A program made the position numbers and the translations under genes. From a bacterium (GTDB lineage Bacteria; Myxococcota_A; Bradymonadia; UBA7976; UBA1532), in contig JAUHXC010000036.1 of the NCBI GenBank assembly GCA_030427205.1, forward strand, positions 16,185 through 80,184: a DNA stretch of 64,000 nt, read 5' to 3'. Below the pieces are notes generated by a model that made no database searches, was not told the DNA's origin, and saw nothing but the letters and a program-made list of their open reading frames with translations. This document shows positions 1 to 9,296 of this stretch, piece by piece. Each line of letters begins with the position of its first letter. Within the stretch, counting starts at the first letter, position 1.

Positions 1-174
1 CTTCTTGCGCTCGGCGGCCCGCCGCTTGCGCTCGGCGGCCCGCTTCTTCTTCTTCTTCTCGGCGGCGGCCTCTTTGCGGGCTTCGGCGGTGTCGGGCTTG
101 TCGGCCCACGCCGCGACGGGCGCGGTCAGCAGGGCCAGGCTCAGGCAGGCGGGCAGGAGGTTTCGGGCGGCCAC
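1..174 (-). CDS. partial CDS (N-terminal ~58 codons; gene continues past window start): secreted Lys/Ala/Glu-rich protein
   Basis: Minus-strand frame open to position 1. GTG near 174 is preceded by GAGGAG. Encodes a signal-peptide-like LLPACLSLALLTAPVAAWA followed by KKKKKRAAERKRRAAERKK. Absent from ORF track because there is no stop inside the window. Confidence 0.4.
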   Translation of the reverse strand, partial: MAARNLLPACLSLALLTAPVAAWADKPDTAEARKEAAAEKKKKKRAAERKRRAAERKK

Positions 175-315
175 GGAAGCTCCTCGGCTGTTCGGGGGCC
201 GGCCCCCGACGACGCCGGGCGGCGCCTGTTCAGACGCCGCAAAGCAGGCCGATGATAGCGATCCGTGAGATGTCGGGCGAGCGTGGTCGACGGGGGCGGG
301 TCGAAGAGCCTGGGC

Positions 316-2121
316 TCAGCGGCGGCCGGGGCGGTCGTACATCGCGTCGCGGCGCAGCTGGATGTGGCGCCGCACGTCGAGCTCGTTGGGCGGCGCGTTG
401 TCGGCGTACCAGTCGGCGAGCTTGTCGAAGTTGGCCTTCATGGCCTTCTCGATGCGGTCGCGGGTGGGCTGGCACTTCTTGGCGTACTCCTTCGACTCCT
501 GCTTCTCGAGGCGCTCGAGGGTCTTGTTGGCCTCCTTGACCTCGTGCACGTACTTGGCCTTGTCCTTCTTCTTGTTGGCCTTGGCGAACTTGGGGCCGTA
601 CTTCGCCCGCAGCGTGGTCTTGCACTTGGCGAGCTTGCGCGCGTTCTTGTTCAGCGAGCTGTCCTCACCCCAGCACGAGCCCAGCCGGAAGGCCTGGCCG
701 AAGGCGCGGGCCTCGGGGGCGGTGCTGCTCAGCTCGCTCCACTGCGAGCGGCCGTTGCCGTGGGTGATGCTGCCGGTGGTGACCCAGGTGTCGTCGTCGC
801 CGTCGCGCAGGTAGGGCGCCTCGCCCTTGTAGACCATCGCGCCGGGGGCCGGGCGGGTCCAGACCTGGTAGACGTGCGCCGGGCTGCACGGATCGGGCTT
901 GCCGTAGTCGGTCGCCACCGCCAGCGCCATCGGGTAGGCGTCGCGCTTCCAGCTGAAGACGGCGTAGTCGAGGCCGTTCTTGCTGCCGGGGAACTCCAGC
1001 TTGCCGGCGTAGGTGGCCTTCAGCGGCCCGGTGGCGCAGAAGCCGCGCAGGGTCGGCAGCGCGGTGCCGTTGACCTGGATGTAGTGGGCGTGGGTGCCCT
1101 TGTCGTAGCTGAAGTCGAGGTCGCTGCGCACCGCGTTGGTGTGCTGCTTCCACTTGCGCACCACCGCGTAGCAGGTGTCGGCCTCGGCGGCGAAGCTGAT
1201 CTTGGCCTTCTTGCCCGTGGTCTCACCGGTGGTGACGACGGTGGCCCCGACGGTGGCGGCCAGCCCGGCCCAGTCGCCGGCGAGCCACTGGTTGTAGCCC
1301 CGGTGGTACATGAGCTGGTCGCCGTACCACGCTGGCGCGCTCGCCTTGAACTTCACCACCTCGGCCAGCACCGCCTCGAAGTCGGCCAGATCGGCGTCGG
1401 GCACGGCGGCCTCGCCCTTCTTGGTCAGCGCGCGCCACGCCTCGAGGTGCGCGTCGAGCTTGTCGAGCTGCTCGTTCTGCGCCTTGGCCTCGGCGGCGCT
1501 GGCGGCCTTGGCGGCCTTGAGCGCGCCGGCCTTCTCCAACTCGGCGTTCTTCGCGGGGGCCTCGGCGGCGAACTTGGCGAAGAACTCCGCCGAGCGCTTC
1601 GCGTCGTCGTTGGCGCCGGCGGTGAAGGCGTCGCTGGCGGCCTTCAGCGCGTCGAGCGCCGCCTGATCGACCACCTTGCCCCGCTTGTGGGCGTCGGCGA
1701 CGGGCTCGTAGGCCTGCAGCACCGGCAGCTGCAGCTTGCCCATCTGCACCTGGCTGTCGAAGCTGTCCCAGTAGCGCTGCACATTGCCCCAGCTCTTGTG
1801 GGACTTCAGGTCGTGCTGCTTGATGAGCGCGGTCAGCTCTTCGTGGATCTTCAGCGCCTCGGCGAAGTCGGCCGCCTTCTTCTCGGCGCCGCTGCGCCAG
1901 TTGCCGGGCACCTTGCGGGCGCCCTTCTGTGAGCGGCTGTTGACCTCGCCGAGCGCCTTGCGCTGCTCCTTGTCCTTCTTCTCGGTGAGCTTCTTGGCCG
2001 AGTCGCCGAGGCTGACCTTCTTGCCGCCGATCTTGACGCCGCCGAACTGCGCGGCGGCCGGCGCCGCGAGTGCGAGGCCGAGGGCGATGACGAGGGGGAC
2101 GAGGCGAGAGCGGGTATGCAC
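316..2121 (-). CDS. secreted hypothetical protein, Lys/Ala-rich N-terminal region plus globular C-terminal domain, very basic C-terminal tail
   Basis: ORF 316..2169. GTG at 2121 has GGAGGA 6 nt upstream. N-terminus LVPLVIALGLALAAPAAAQ is a signal peptide. Strong GC3 bias. The antisense 555-aa ORF is rejected. Confidence 0.8.
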   Translation of the reverse strand: MHTRSRLVPLVIALGLALAAPAAAQFGGVKIGGKKVSLGDSAKKLTEKKDKEQRKALGEVNSRSQKGARKVPGNWRSGAEKKAADFAEALKIHEELTALIKQHDLKSHKSWGNVQRYWDSFDSQVQMGKLQLPVLQAYEPVADAHKRGKVVDQAALDALKAASDAFTAGANDDAKRSAEFFAKFAAEAPAKNAELEKAGALKAAKAASAAEAKAQNEQLDKLDAHLEAWRALTKKGEAAVPDADLADFEAVLAEVVKFKASAPAWYGDQLMYHRGYNQWLAGDWAGLAATVGATVVTTGETTGKKAKISFAAEADTCYAVVRKWKQHTNAVRSDLDFSYDKGTHAHYIQVNGTALPTLRGFCATGPLKATYAGKLEFPGSKNGLDYAVFSWKRDAYPMALAVATDYGKPDPCSPAHVYQVWTRPAPGAMVYKGEAPYLRDGDDDTWVTTGSITHGNGRSQWSELSSTAPEARAFGQAFRLGSCWGEDSSLNKNARKLAKCKTTLRAKYGPKFAKANKKKDKAKYVHEVKEANKTLERLEKQESKEYAKKCQPTRDRIEKAMKANFDKLADWYADNAPPNELDVRRHIQLRRDAMYDRPGRR

Positions 2122-2387
2122 GTTGTTCCTCCGGGGTGTGCCGTGTGTCGATCGAGTGACATGGCTCATGAGCCCTCGGGCGGTCGAACGTCAACCGGGA
2201 AACGCTTTTTCTACGTGTTTTCAGGTATTTGTTCCATTTGGGGTGTGCCGCATGCGGGTCGATGGCGTTCGCGGGTCGCCCGAATCCGGCTCATGTGGGC
2301 CCGGCTTCAGATCTCGATGTATCGAACGGCCGTTCTGGCGCATCATGTTCGAGCGCGCCCGCAGCGGCGACGCCCCGGAGTCCCCCC

Positions 2388-3941
2388 ATGTCGGTCGAAT
2401 CGTCGATTCACACCCTGCGCCGCCGCGGCCGACGGGGCCGGTCCGCCGAGGGGCCGTCGGGTTCACCCGCCGGTCACCCCGACACCGCGCCGTCGAACCT
2501 GCTCATCGTCTCCGATCTGCACCTGGGCGGGCCGCTGCGGCCGGTGCCCACCGCCGACCCCGACGGGCCGGTGCGGGTGGGCTTCGGCGCGCTGAAGCAG
2601 GTGGTGCGGCTCGACCGGGCGCTGGCGCGCTTCATCGACCACCACCGCGAGAACGGGCCCCGCGGCGGCGGGGGGTGGACGCTGGTCTTCAACGGCGACA
2701 CCGTCGACTTCTTGCACATGGATCTGCGCCCCGACGGGGAGGACGCGCCGGCGCCCGACGGCGACGAGCAGCTCTACGGGCTGTCGTTCGCCGCCCACCG
2801 CGCGGTGTGGAAGATGAAGGTGATCGCCGCCTATCACCGGCATACCTTCCGGGCGCTGGCCCGGTTCGTCGAGGCCGGCCATCGGGTGGTGCTGGTGGTG
2901 GGCAATCACGACGTCGACCTGTGGTTCGGCGACGTGCGCGCGGCCTTCGTCGAGCAGGTGGCGGCCCACGCCGACGACGCCGAGGCGGCGCGCGCGGGGG
3001 TGCGCTTCGAGCCGTGGTTCTTCTACGAGCCGGGGCGGGCGTATATCGAGCACGGCCATCGCTTCGACCCGTTCGCGACTTTCCCCGACCCGCTGGCGCC
3101 GCTGGCCACCGACCGCGAGCGTTACCTGGCGCCCAACTTCGGCCACTTCGGGCTGCGCTACTTCGCCAACCGCATCCGCAGCTTCCCGATCCACGACCTC
3201 GACCAGCAGGGGCTCGGCGATCTGTGGCGCTGGATCAAGCGGCACTCGCCGCGCTACGTGGCCCGCGCCGCGTGGCAGGTCGTCGCCTTCTTGTGGCACT
3301 ACGGCCGGGCGACGGCCCGCGACCGCTTCAGCCGGCGACGGCGGGAGGCGGCGACCCGGGCCCGGCGGCGGGCGCGGCTGCGTAAGTTCGCCGCGCGCTA
3401 TGGCATGCCCCTGGGGCGCATATTGGCCCTCGACGGGCTGCGCCGGCCGCACATCGGGCAGAACGTCTTCCGGCTGGCCCACGGGCTGATGCTCGACCGG
3501 GCGCTGCTGCTCGCGGCGGTGCTGCTCGGGCTCGCGGCGGGCCTCTCGGCGGACGACGCCGAGACCGGCACCTGGGTCGTGCTCGGCGTGCTCGGCGGCA
3601 GCGCGCTGGCGTGGTGGCAGCTCGATCGGACCCGGCCCTCGGCGGACATCCACCCCCAGCTGGGGCGCATCGCCAAGCGGGTGGGCCGGCTGAGCGGCGC
3701 GCCGATCGTGGTCTTCGGCCATACCCATCGGCCGGTGCTGCGGCGGCTGGGGCGCACCCGCTGGCTCAACCCGGGCGCCTGGGAGCACGTGCCGCGCCAC
3801 CGCCCGCACCCGATCGACGCGCCCTGCGACTGCCCGGCGCGCTTCGGCATGATCGACGGCCCCGCCGAGCGCCCTCAGGCCCACCTGCAGCGCTGGTGCG
3901 TGCGCCGCGGCGCGCCCCACGAGGTGGAAGAGCAGGCCTGA
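2388..3941 (+). CDS. calcineurin-like metallophosphoesterase with two predicted TM helices inserted between catalytic motifs (possible class III cNMP phosphodiesterase-type enzyme)
   Basis: Motifs LLIVSDLHLG, FNGDTVDF, VVGNHDVD, IEHGHRFD and VVFGHTHRP. Hydrophobic segments ALLLAAVLLGLAAGL and WVVLGVLGGSALAWW sit between the last two motifs. ATG 2388 with GGAG 8 nt upstream. The first 53 codons of the track ORF are judged 5' overextension. Confidence 0.8.
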   Translation: MSVESSIHTLRRRGRRGRSAEGPSGSPAGHPDTAPSNLLIVSDLHLGGPLRPVPTADPDGPVRVGFGALKQVVRLDRALARFIDHHRENGPRGGGGWTLVFNGDTVDFLHMDLRPDGEDAPAPDGDEQLYGLSFAAHRAVWKMKVIAAYHRHTFRALARFVEAGHRVVLVVGNHDVDLWFGDVRAAFVEQVAAHADDAEAARAGVRFEPWFFYEPGRAYIEHGHRFDPFATFPDPLAPLATDRERYLAPNFGHFGLRYFANRIRSFPIHDLDQQGLGDLWRWIKRHSPRYVARAAWQVVAFLWHYGRATARDRFSRRRREAATRARRRARLRKFAARYGMPLGRILALDGLRRPHIGQNVFRLAHGLMLDRALLLAAVLLGLAAGLSADDAETGTWVVLGVLGGSALAWWQLDRTRPSADIHPQLGRIAKRVGRLSGAPIVVFGHTHRPVLRRLGRTRWLNPGAWEHVPRHRPHPIDAPCDCPARFGMIDGPAERPQAHLQRWCVRRGAPHEVEEQA

Positions 3942-3978
3942 GGGTCGTGGATCGGACAGCGCGGTCGGGTCGGCGCCG

Positions 3979-5034
3979 TCAGTCGCTGCGGCGCACGATC
4001 TCCAGGGCCTGCTCGAGCAGCGCCTGCATCTCGGCCCGCTGCAGCGCGCTGAACTGGGTCGGCGAGTAGGTCAGCGCCGCCAGTTCGAAGCCGCCGTCCT
4101 CGACGGTGCGCAGCATCGACGAGGGCTGCGAGCGGTCGACGAGGCGCAGCACGTCGTAGGTCTCGACGGCGTGGTGCACGCCTTTGACCTGCACCGGCCC
4201 GCGGTGGCTGCACTCGACGACGTCTTTGACCAGGTGGTAGGTCGAGCCGCTGAGGGTGATGCCGCCGGGCTCGGCGAGGCCTTCGAGGCGCGAGGCGACG
4301 TTCACCGGGCTGCCGACGATGGTGTAGTCCATGCGCGCGGCCGAGCCGAAGTTGCCCACGGTGCAGTGGCCGGTGTTGATGCCGATGCGGGTGCGCAGCG
4401 GGCGGTCGATGCCCAGCGCGCGCCACGTCCCGGCGAGCTCGACGCTCGCCGACTGCATCTCGAGGGCCATGCGCACGCAGCGCACCGCCTCTTCGGCGGG
4501 GTCGGAGTCGTCGCGGTCGCCGAAGAAGACCATCACCGCGTCGCCGATGAACTTGTCGATCGTGCCGCCCCAGCGGTCGGCGATCTGCGCCATGCGGTCG
4601 AGGTAGGTATTGAGCACGGCCGAGAGCGTCTCGGCCTCGACGGTATCGGTCAGCTCGGTGAAGCCCACCAGGTCGGAGAAGAAGACCGTCAGCCGCCGCC
4701 GGCGGGTCGCGGTGGTCGTCGCCTGGATGCCGCCGCCGACGATCAGGTCGAAGAGCTGCGCCGACAGGTAGCGCTTCATGTTGTCGAGCAGCCCGCTGAT
4801 GCGCTCGTTGCGGGCCGACAGCTCGTTCTCGATCTCGGTGCTGTGCTCGAGCACCGTCTGCGACAGCAGGCTGAGGTCGGTGAAGTCCTCGCGCAGCTTG
4901 TCGACGAGCGGCGTCAGCTCGGTGACGATGGCGGCCTGTTGTGGGGAGGCGGCGTCGGCGAGGGCGGCGAGCAGGGCCTCGATCCGGTCGAGATCGGCCG
5001 GTTCGAGGCCGCCGGAGGACAGCGAATCGAACAT
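3979..5034 (-). CDS. class III adenylate/guanylate cyclase (CHD domain) with N-terminal coiled-coil region
   Basis: LTVFFSDLVGFTELT, GDAVMVFFG and RIGINTGHCTVGNFG are hallmark cyclase-homology motifs. Start MFDSLSS at 5034 (aa 26 of the track ORF). Confidence 0.85.
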   Translation of the reverse strand: MFDSLSSGGLEPADLDRIEALLAALADAASPQQAAIVTELTPLVDKLREDFTDLSLLSQTVLEHSTEIENELSARNERISGLLDNMKRYLSAQLFDLIVGGGIQATTTATRRRRLTVFFSDLVGFTELTDTVEAETLSAVLNTYLDRMAQIADRWGGTIDKFIGDAVMVFFGDRDDSDPAEEAVRCVRMALEMQSASVELAGTWRALGIDRPLRTRIGINTGHCTVGNFGSAARMDYTIVGSPVNVASRLEGLAEPGGITLSGSTYHLVKDVVECSHRGPVQVKGVHHAVETYDVLRLVDRSQPSSMLRTVEDGGFELAALTYSPTQFSALQRAEMQALLEQALEIVRRSD

Positions 5035-5182
5035 GGCCCGAGCATCGTCGATCGCCGCGTGGTGGACAAGAACCGCCTGCACCGGCGCCCGCCGGACGCT
5101 GCATCCCACGGCGACCCGAGACTTCGCCGGATGTCACATTGCACGGTTCGTGGTAGATCGGAGTGCCGTTGGAGGAGGCCCC

Positions 5183-5701
5183 ATGCTGTCGGACCAGGCG
5201 CCGAGCGTCGGCGCGCGCATCATCACGCTGCGCTGTGATGCCGGGTTGCTCGTCAACCGCCACGCCCGCAGCCACAGCGCGGCGGAGTATCTGGCGGCGG
5301 TGGGCTCGACTGCCGGCCCCGACAGCGCCATGGCCGCCCGCGAGCTCTCCGCGGCGCTGTTCGAAGTCTTCGAGTGGGTCCATCATCGCGCGCCGACGGG
5401 CGCGGTCGTCGTCGGGCTGCGCGCGCTCGACGGGGGCGTGCGCATCGTGGTCGAGCTGCCCTGCGCGCCGGCCGCGGTGCCCGCCTGCCTGGCGTCGATC
5501 GCGCCGAGCGACGACGGCCGCGACCCGCTCGTCGACCCCGAGCCGGGGGATGGCCTGCGCGAGCTGGCGGCGGTGCACGGGGTGAAGCTCGGGGCGGCGG
5601 CGGTCGAGGGCGGCGTGCGGCTCGTCCTGCACGTGCCGCTCGGCGAGTCCGGCGAGCAGCGCGCGGACGGCGAGCGGGGGGAGGCCACCGGTGAGCGCTG
5701 A
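5183..5701 (+). CDS. GHKL/HATPase-like anti-sigma-factor-type protein with a degenerate N-box (kinase-like paralog)
   Basis: GGAGGAGG RBS 5 nt upstream of ATG 5183. Pattern AALFEVFEWVHHRAPTGAVVVGLRALDGGVRIVVELP parallels the NELVENAIKFG...VAVIVGL...LVMRVSN arrangement of the downstream kinase, but the conserved Asn is absent. Stop overlaps the next start. Confidence 0.6.
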   Translation: MLSDQAPSVGARIITLRCDAGLLVNRHARSHSAAEYLAAVGSTAGPDSAMAARELSAALFEVFEWVHHRAPTGAVVVGLRALDGGVRIVVELPCAPAAVPACLASIAPSDDGRDPLVDPEPGDGLRELAAVHGVKLGAAAVEGGVRLVLHVPLGESGEQRADGERGEATGER

Positions 5702-6872
5702 TTCCGGCCCGAAGGGCGGCTACACCGTCAGCTTCGACGAGAACGATCAGGTGGTCCGGCTGGCGGGGGTGCTGCGCCCGGCGCACGCCGCGGCGCTCGG
5801 GCCGCTCGTCGACTGCCTGACCGCCGCCGCCGACGCGGTGCGCGGGCGGCTCTACGTCAACCTCAAGCAGCTGCGGCACATGAGCTTCGCCGGGCACCGG
5901 GTCTTCACCGCGACGCTCGGCCGGCTGCTCGAGGCCCACCCGCGCATGGAGATCACGCTGGTGACCTCGTCGGTGATGCCCTGGGCCAACCGGCGCTTCG
6001 CCCCCTTCGCCGCGCGTTGGCCGCGGCTGACGGTCGAGCAGTACGACCGGGCGTTCTACCCGGGGCAGGGGGTCATCGAGAGCGACGGCCTGCTGCCGGT
6101 GCTGCGGGCCCAGACGAGCGTGATCTGGAAGCACGAGAAGCCGCTGCTCGAACGCCACGGGCTGCGGCCCGGCGCCCGGGTGGCCGACATCTGCTGCGGC
6201 ATCGGCGACTTCGCGATGCTGGTGTGGCGCAACTTCGCGCCCGAGCGGCTCGTCGCCGTCGACCACCATCGGCCGTTTCTCGACTATGCCCGCACGGTGG
6301 CCCGCGACTTCGGCGCCGACCAGATCGAGTATCAGGTGGGCGACGCCGCCTCGCTGCTGCTGCCCGACGCCGGCTTCGACTTCGTCACCTCGCGGCTGGC
6401 GCTGCAGATCTTCGATCGGCCGGCGGAGATCCTCGCCGAGCTCAAGCGCATCTGCCGCCCCGGCGGGCGGGTCTACGTGACCAACGAGATGATGGGTCAC
6501 ATCTACGCCTACCCCAAGGACGGGCCGGTGACCTGGGCCTATCGGCTCATCCCCGAGATGGCGGCGAGCCTGGGCATGGACGTCAACTTCGGGCCCAAGG
6601 CGCGGGCCTATCTCGAGGACGTCGGCTTCGTCGACGTGAAGGTCGACCGGCTCGAGGTCAATAACCTCAACTCCGACCTGAGCGACTTCGCCGCGGTGGC
6701 CGCGGGCTGGCGCGATTACGTCGTCGGCGAGGTGGCGACGGCCACCGGCCAGGCCCCCGAGACCATCGAGCGGCTGCGCTCGGCGCTGGAGGACTTCTTG
6801 TATGTCGTCGAGAACCGCCGCGGCTTCGCCACGTGGCCGATCTACGTGGCCTCGGGCACCCGCCCGAGCTGA
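5691..6872 (+). CDS. fusion protein: N-terminal STAS/anti-sigma-antagonist-like domain + class I SAM-dependent methyltransferase
   Basis: GTG 5691 overlaps upstream stop (5699-5701), with GGGGGAGG RBS. SAM motif I VADICCGIGDFAMLV and post-I LKRICRPGGRVYVT. The first ~100 aa are STAS-like (YTVSFDENDQVVRLAGVL...ITLVTSS). Confidence 0.8.
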   Translation: MSADSGPKGGYTVSFDENDQVVRLAGVLRPAHAAALGPLVDCLTAAADAVRGRLYVNLKQLRHMSFAGHRVFTATLGRLLEAHPRMEITLVTSSVMPWANRRFAPFAARWPRLTVEQYDRAFYPGQGVIESDGLLPVLRAQTSVIWKHEKPLLERHGLRPGARVADICCGIGDFAMLVWRNFAPERLVAVDHHRPFLDYARTVARDFGADQIEYQVGDAASLLLPDAGFDFVTSRLALQIFDRPAEILAELKRICRPGGRVYVTNEMMGHIYAYPKDGPVTWAYRLIPEMAASLGMDVNFGPKARAYLEDVGFVDVKVDRLEVNNLNSDLSDFAAVAAGWRDYVVGEVATATGQAPETIERLRSALEDFLYVVENRRGFATWPIYVASGTRPS

Positions 6873-6926
6873 CCGACCCTTCGAGGAACCGATGACCCGC
6901 GCCGCCCCCCACCCACCGAGTCGCCG

Positions 6927-9296
6927 ATGCTGAAGGCCACCCGCCGTTTTCGCACCAAGCTCTTTCTCGTCGCCGGGCTGGGCGTCGTCATCGGGCTGTC
7001 GGCCAGCACGTTCGTGGCCCGCTACGGGGTCAACGTGCTCAGCCACGACGCGACGACCGAGCTGGAGGAGGGCCTGGGGCGGGCCACCCGCGAGTATCTG
7101 ACCAACCACGTCGCCGACGCGGCCACCCGCACGGGCTACATGCTCGGGCGGGCCCAGACCGACCTGCAGATCGCCGCGGGCATCGCCCAGGGCATCATCG
7201 ACCGCGGCGACAGCCTCGACCCGGTGCACGACGCGATCTCGCGGCTGCCCGGCATCGAGGACCGCCTGCGCTACGACGCCGAGGGCAACTGGTACCAGAA
7301 CCCCGACGACGAGCCGATGGCGGTGGCGGTCTGGGGTTATCTGCTCGGCGAGAAGCCGGCCGACGGCGGCCCGCCGCCGGTGCGGCCCGAGGTGCTCGAG
7401 GCGGTGCGCGAGACGGCGATCTACGATCTGATCGTGCCGCCGTTTCAGCGGAAGGGCAGCAGCAACCTGCAGGTGTACTTCGTCGGGCCCGAGGAGGCGC
7501 CCTTCCTGCGCATCGCCCCCTGGGCGCCGGCGGCGGCGCAGGCCGACAAGAAGTACCCCGGCCACAATCAGAAGCCGTTCTGGTCGTTCTTCTTCCCGAC
7601 GCTGGTCGACAGCTGGATGCAGTGGGTCGAGGCCGAGGGCGGGCCCGACGCCCGCCAGAGCCAGGTGACGGTGCTGCCGCCCTACGAGGACGCCGGCGGC
7701 GGCGGGCTGGTGACGACGTTCTTCCACCCGCTGTGGAGCCCCGACCGCAAGACCTTCGCCGGCGCGGTGGGCATCGACCTGACGCTCAACCAGATCGTCG
7801 ACTACATCAAGGACCAGAAGCTCTACGACTCGGGCTTCGCCTTCCTCGCGCAGTCGAGCGGCAACGTGCTGGCGGTCAACGCCGACGGCGAGCGGCTGCT
7901 GGGGCTGCGCCAGGCCAAGGGCGCCATCGGCGGCGGGGTCGACGTGCTCAGCCGCAGCCTCAGCGCCAGCGCCCACCGCTCGGTCGCCGAGCTGCAGCTG
8001 CCCCAGAGGGACGGGGCGACCTACACCGAGATCGGGATCGACGGCCAGATCCACGTGGTGGTGCTGCAGCGTATGGCGCCCTTCGAGATCTGGCCCGGTC
8101 AGCTGGGCATCGGCCCCGAGCACTGGACCCTGGGGCTGGTGGTGCCCGCCCGCGAGATCTTCGAGTCGCTGACCAAGGCCCGGGCGGCGATCGACGAGAG
8201 CGTCACGAGCATCTTCGCCCAGCAGACGGTGATCACCCTGCTGACGCTGCTGTCGGTGCTGCTCGGCATCTCGGTGCTCAGCCGGCGCATGACCGTCTCG
8301 CTCGACGAGCTGTCCGACGCGGCGCGGGCGATGAAGGGCAAGAACTACGACGTCGAGGTGCAGGTGCGCACCGCGGACGAGATCGGCGAGCTGGCGTTCG
8401 CCTTCAACGCGATGGCCGCCGAGATCAGGACCTACACCAACAACCTCGAAGAGCTGGTGCGTCAGCGCACCGCCGAGCTGGAGCGGGCCAACAGCGAGAT
8501 CTCGCTGCTCAACGAGCGGCTCAAGGAAGAGAACCTGCGCATGGGCGCCGAGCTGGCCGTCGCCCGCCGCCTGCAGCTGATGGTGCTGCCGGCGGAGTCG
8601 GAGCTGGCGAGCATCGCCGGGCTCGACATCGCCGGCTACATGGAGCCCGCCGACGAGGTGGGCGGCGACTACTACGACGTCTTGCAGGGCACCGGCGGGG
8701 TCAAGATCGGCATCGGCGACGTCACCGGCCACGGCCTCGAGAGCGGGGTCTTGATGATCATGCTGCAGGCGGCGGTGCGCACCCTGGTGCTCGCCGAGGA
8801 GCGGGACCCCGAGCGCTTCATGTCGATCATCAACAAGGCGGTCTACCAGAACATCCAGCGCACGGCGATCGACCGCTCGCTGACGCTGAGCCTGATCGAC
8901 TACGACGACGGCGTGCTGCAGCTCGTCGGGCAGCACGAGGAGGCCATCGTCGTGCGGGCCTCGGGCGCGGTCGAGCGCATCGACACCATGGCCCTCGGGC
9001 TGCCGGTGGGGCTCGACTTCGAGATCGACGACTTCCTCGGGCGCCTCGAGCTGCCGTTGGCGCCGGGGGATACGGTGCTGCTGTATACCGACGGCATCAC
9101 CGAGGCGGAGAACCCCGACGGCGAGCAGTACGGCCTCGACCGGCTGTGCGAGGCCGCCCGGCGGCACCACGCCTCTCCGGCGGCCGCGATCAAGGACGCC
9201 GTGATCGGCGACGTGGAGCGGTTCATCAATTTCCAGAAGGTCTTCGACGACATCACCCTGGTGGTGATCAAGCGCGAAGCAGAGGAGGCGGCGTGA
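6927..9296 (+). CDS. membrane sensor phosphatase: TM - periplasmic sensor domain - TM - HAMP - PP2C (SiaA/RsbU-like)
   Basis: N-terminal TM LFLVAGLGVVIGLSAS and second TM ITLLTLLSVLLGISVL. HAMP (DEIGELAFAFNAMAAEI). PP2C motifs GGDYYDV, GIGDVTGHG and YTDGITEAENPDG. Confidence 0.85.
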   Translation: MLKATRRFRTKLFLVAGLGVVIGLSASTFVARYGVNVLSHDATTELEEGLGRATREYLTNHVADAATRTGYMLGRAQTDLQIAAGIAQGIIDRGDSLDPVHDAISRLPGIEDRLRYDAEGNWYQNPDDEPMAVAVWGYLLGEKPADGGPPPVRPEVLEAVRETAIYDLIVPPFQRKGSSNLQVYFVGPEEAPFLRIAPWAPAAAQADKKYPGHNQKPFWSFFFPTLVDSWMQWVEAEGGPDARQSQVTVLPPYEDAGGGGLVTTFFHPLWSPDRKTFAGAVGIDLTLNQIVDYIKDQKLYDSGFAFLAQSSGNVLAVNADGERLLGLRQAKGAIGGGVDVLSRSLSASAHRSVAELQLPQRDGATYTEIGIDGQIHVVVLQRMAPFEIWPGQLGIGPEHWTLGLVVPAREIFESLTKARAAIDESVTSIFAQQTVITLLTLLSVLLGISVLSRRMTVSLDELSDAARAMKGKNYDVEVQVRTADEIGELAFAFNAMAAEIRTYTNNLEELVRQRTAELERANSEISLLNERLKEENLRMGAELAVARRLQLMVLPAESELASIAGLDIAGYMEPADEVGGDYYDVLQGTGGVKIGIGDVTGHGLESGVLMIMLQAAVRTLVLAEERDPERFMSIINKAVYQNIQRTAIDRSLTLSLIDYDDGVLQLVGQHEEAIVVRASGAVERIDTMALGLPVGLDFEIDDFLGRLELPLAPGDTVLLYTDGITEAENPDGEQYGLDRLCEAARRHHASPAAAIKDAVIGDVERFINFQKVFDDITLVVIKREAEEAA

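Noticed and set aside
265-1932. 555-aa plus-strand ORF
   Set aside because: Antisense to the 316-2121 secreted-protein gene. Gly/Leu/Val/Ala low-complexity product with no GC3 codon bias. Typical high-GC shadow ORF.
5253-9170. 1305-aa minus-strand ORF
   Set aside because: Antisense to the methyltransferase and PP2C genes, which have clear catalytic motifs and translational coupling. Product is Arg/Gly/Ala/Pro-rich noise.
7622-9292. N-terminal 557 codons of the 732-aa plus-strand ORF 7622..9820
   Set aside because: Alternate frame inside the PP2C gene with R/G/A-rich translation. Only the last 528 nt (GTG 9293 after GAGGAGG) encode the GHKL kinase.
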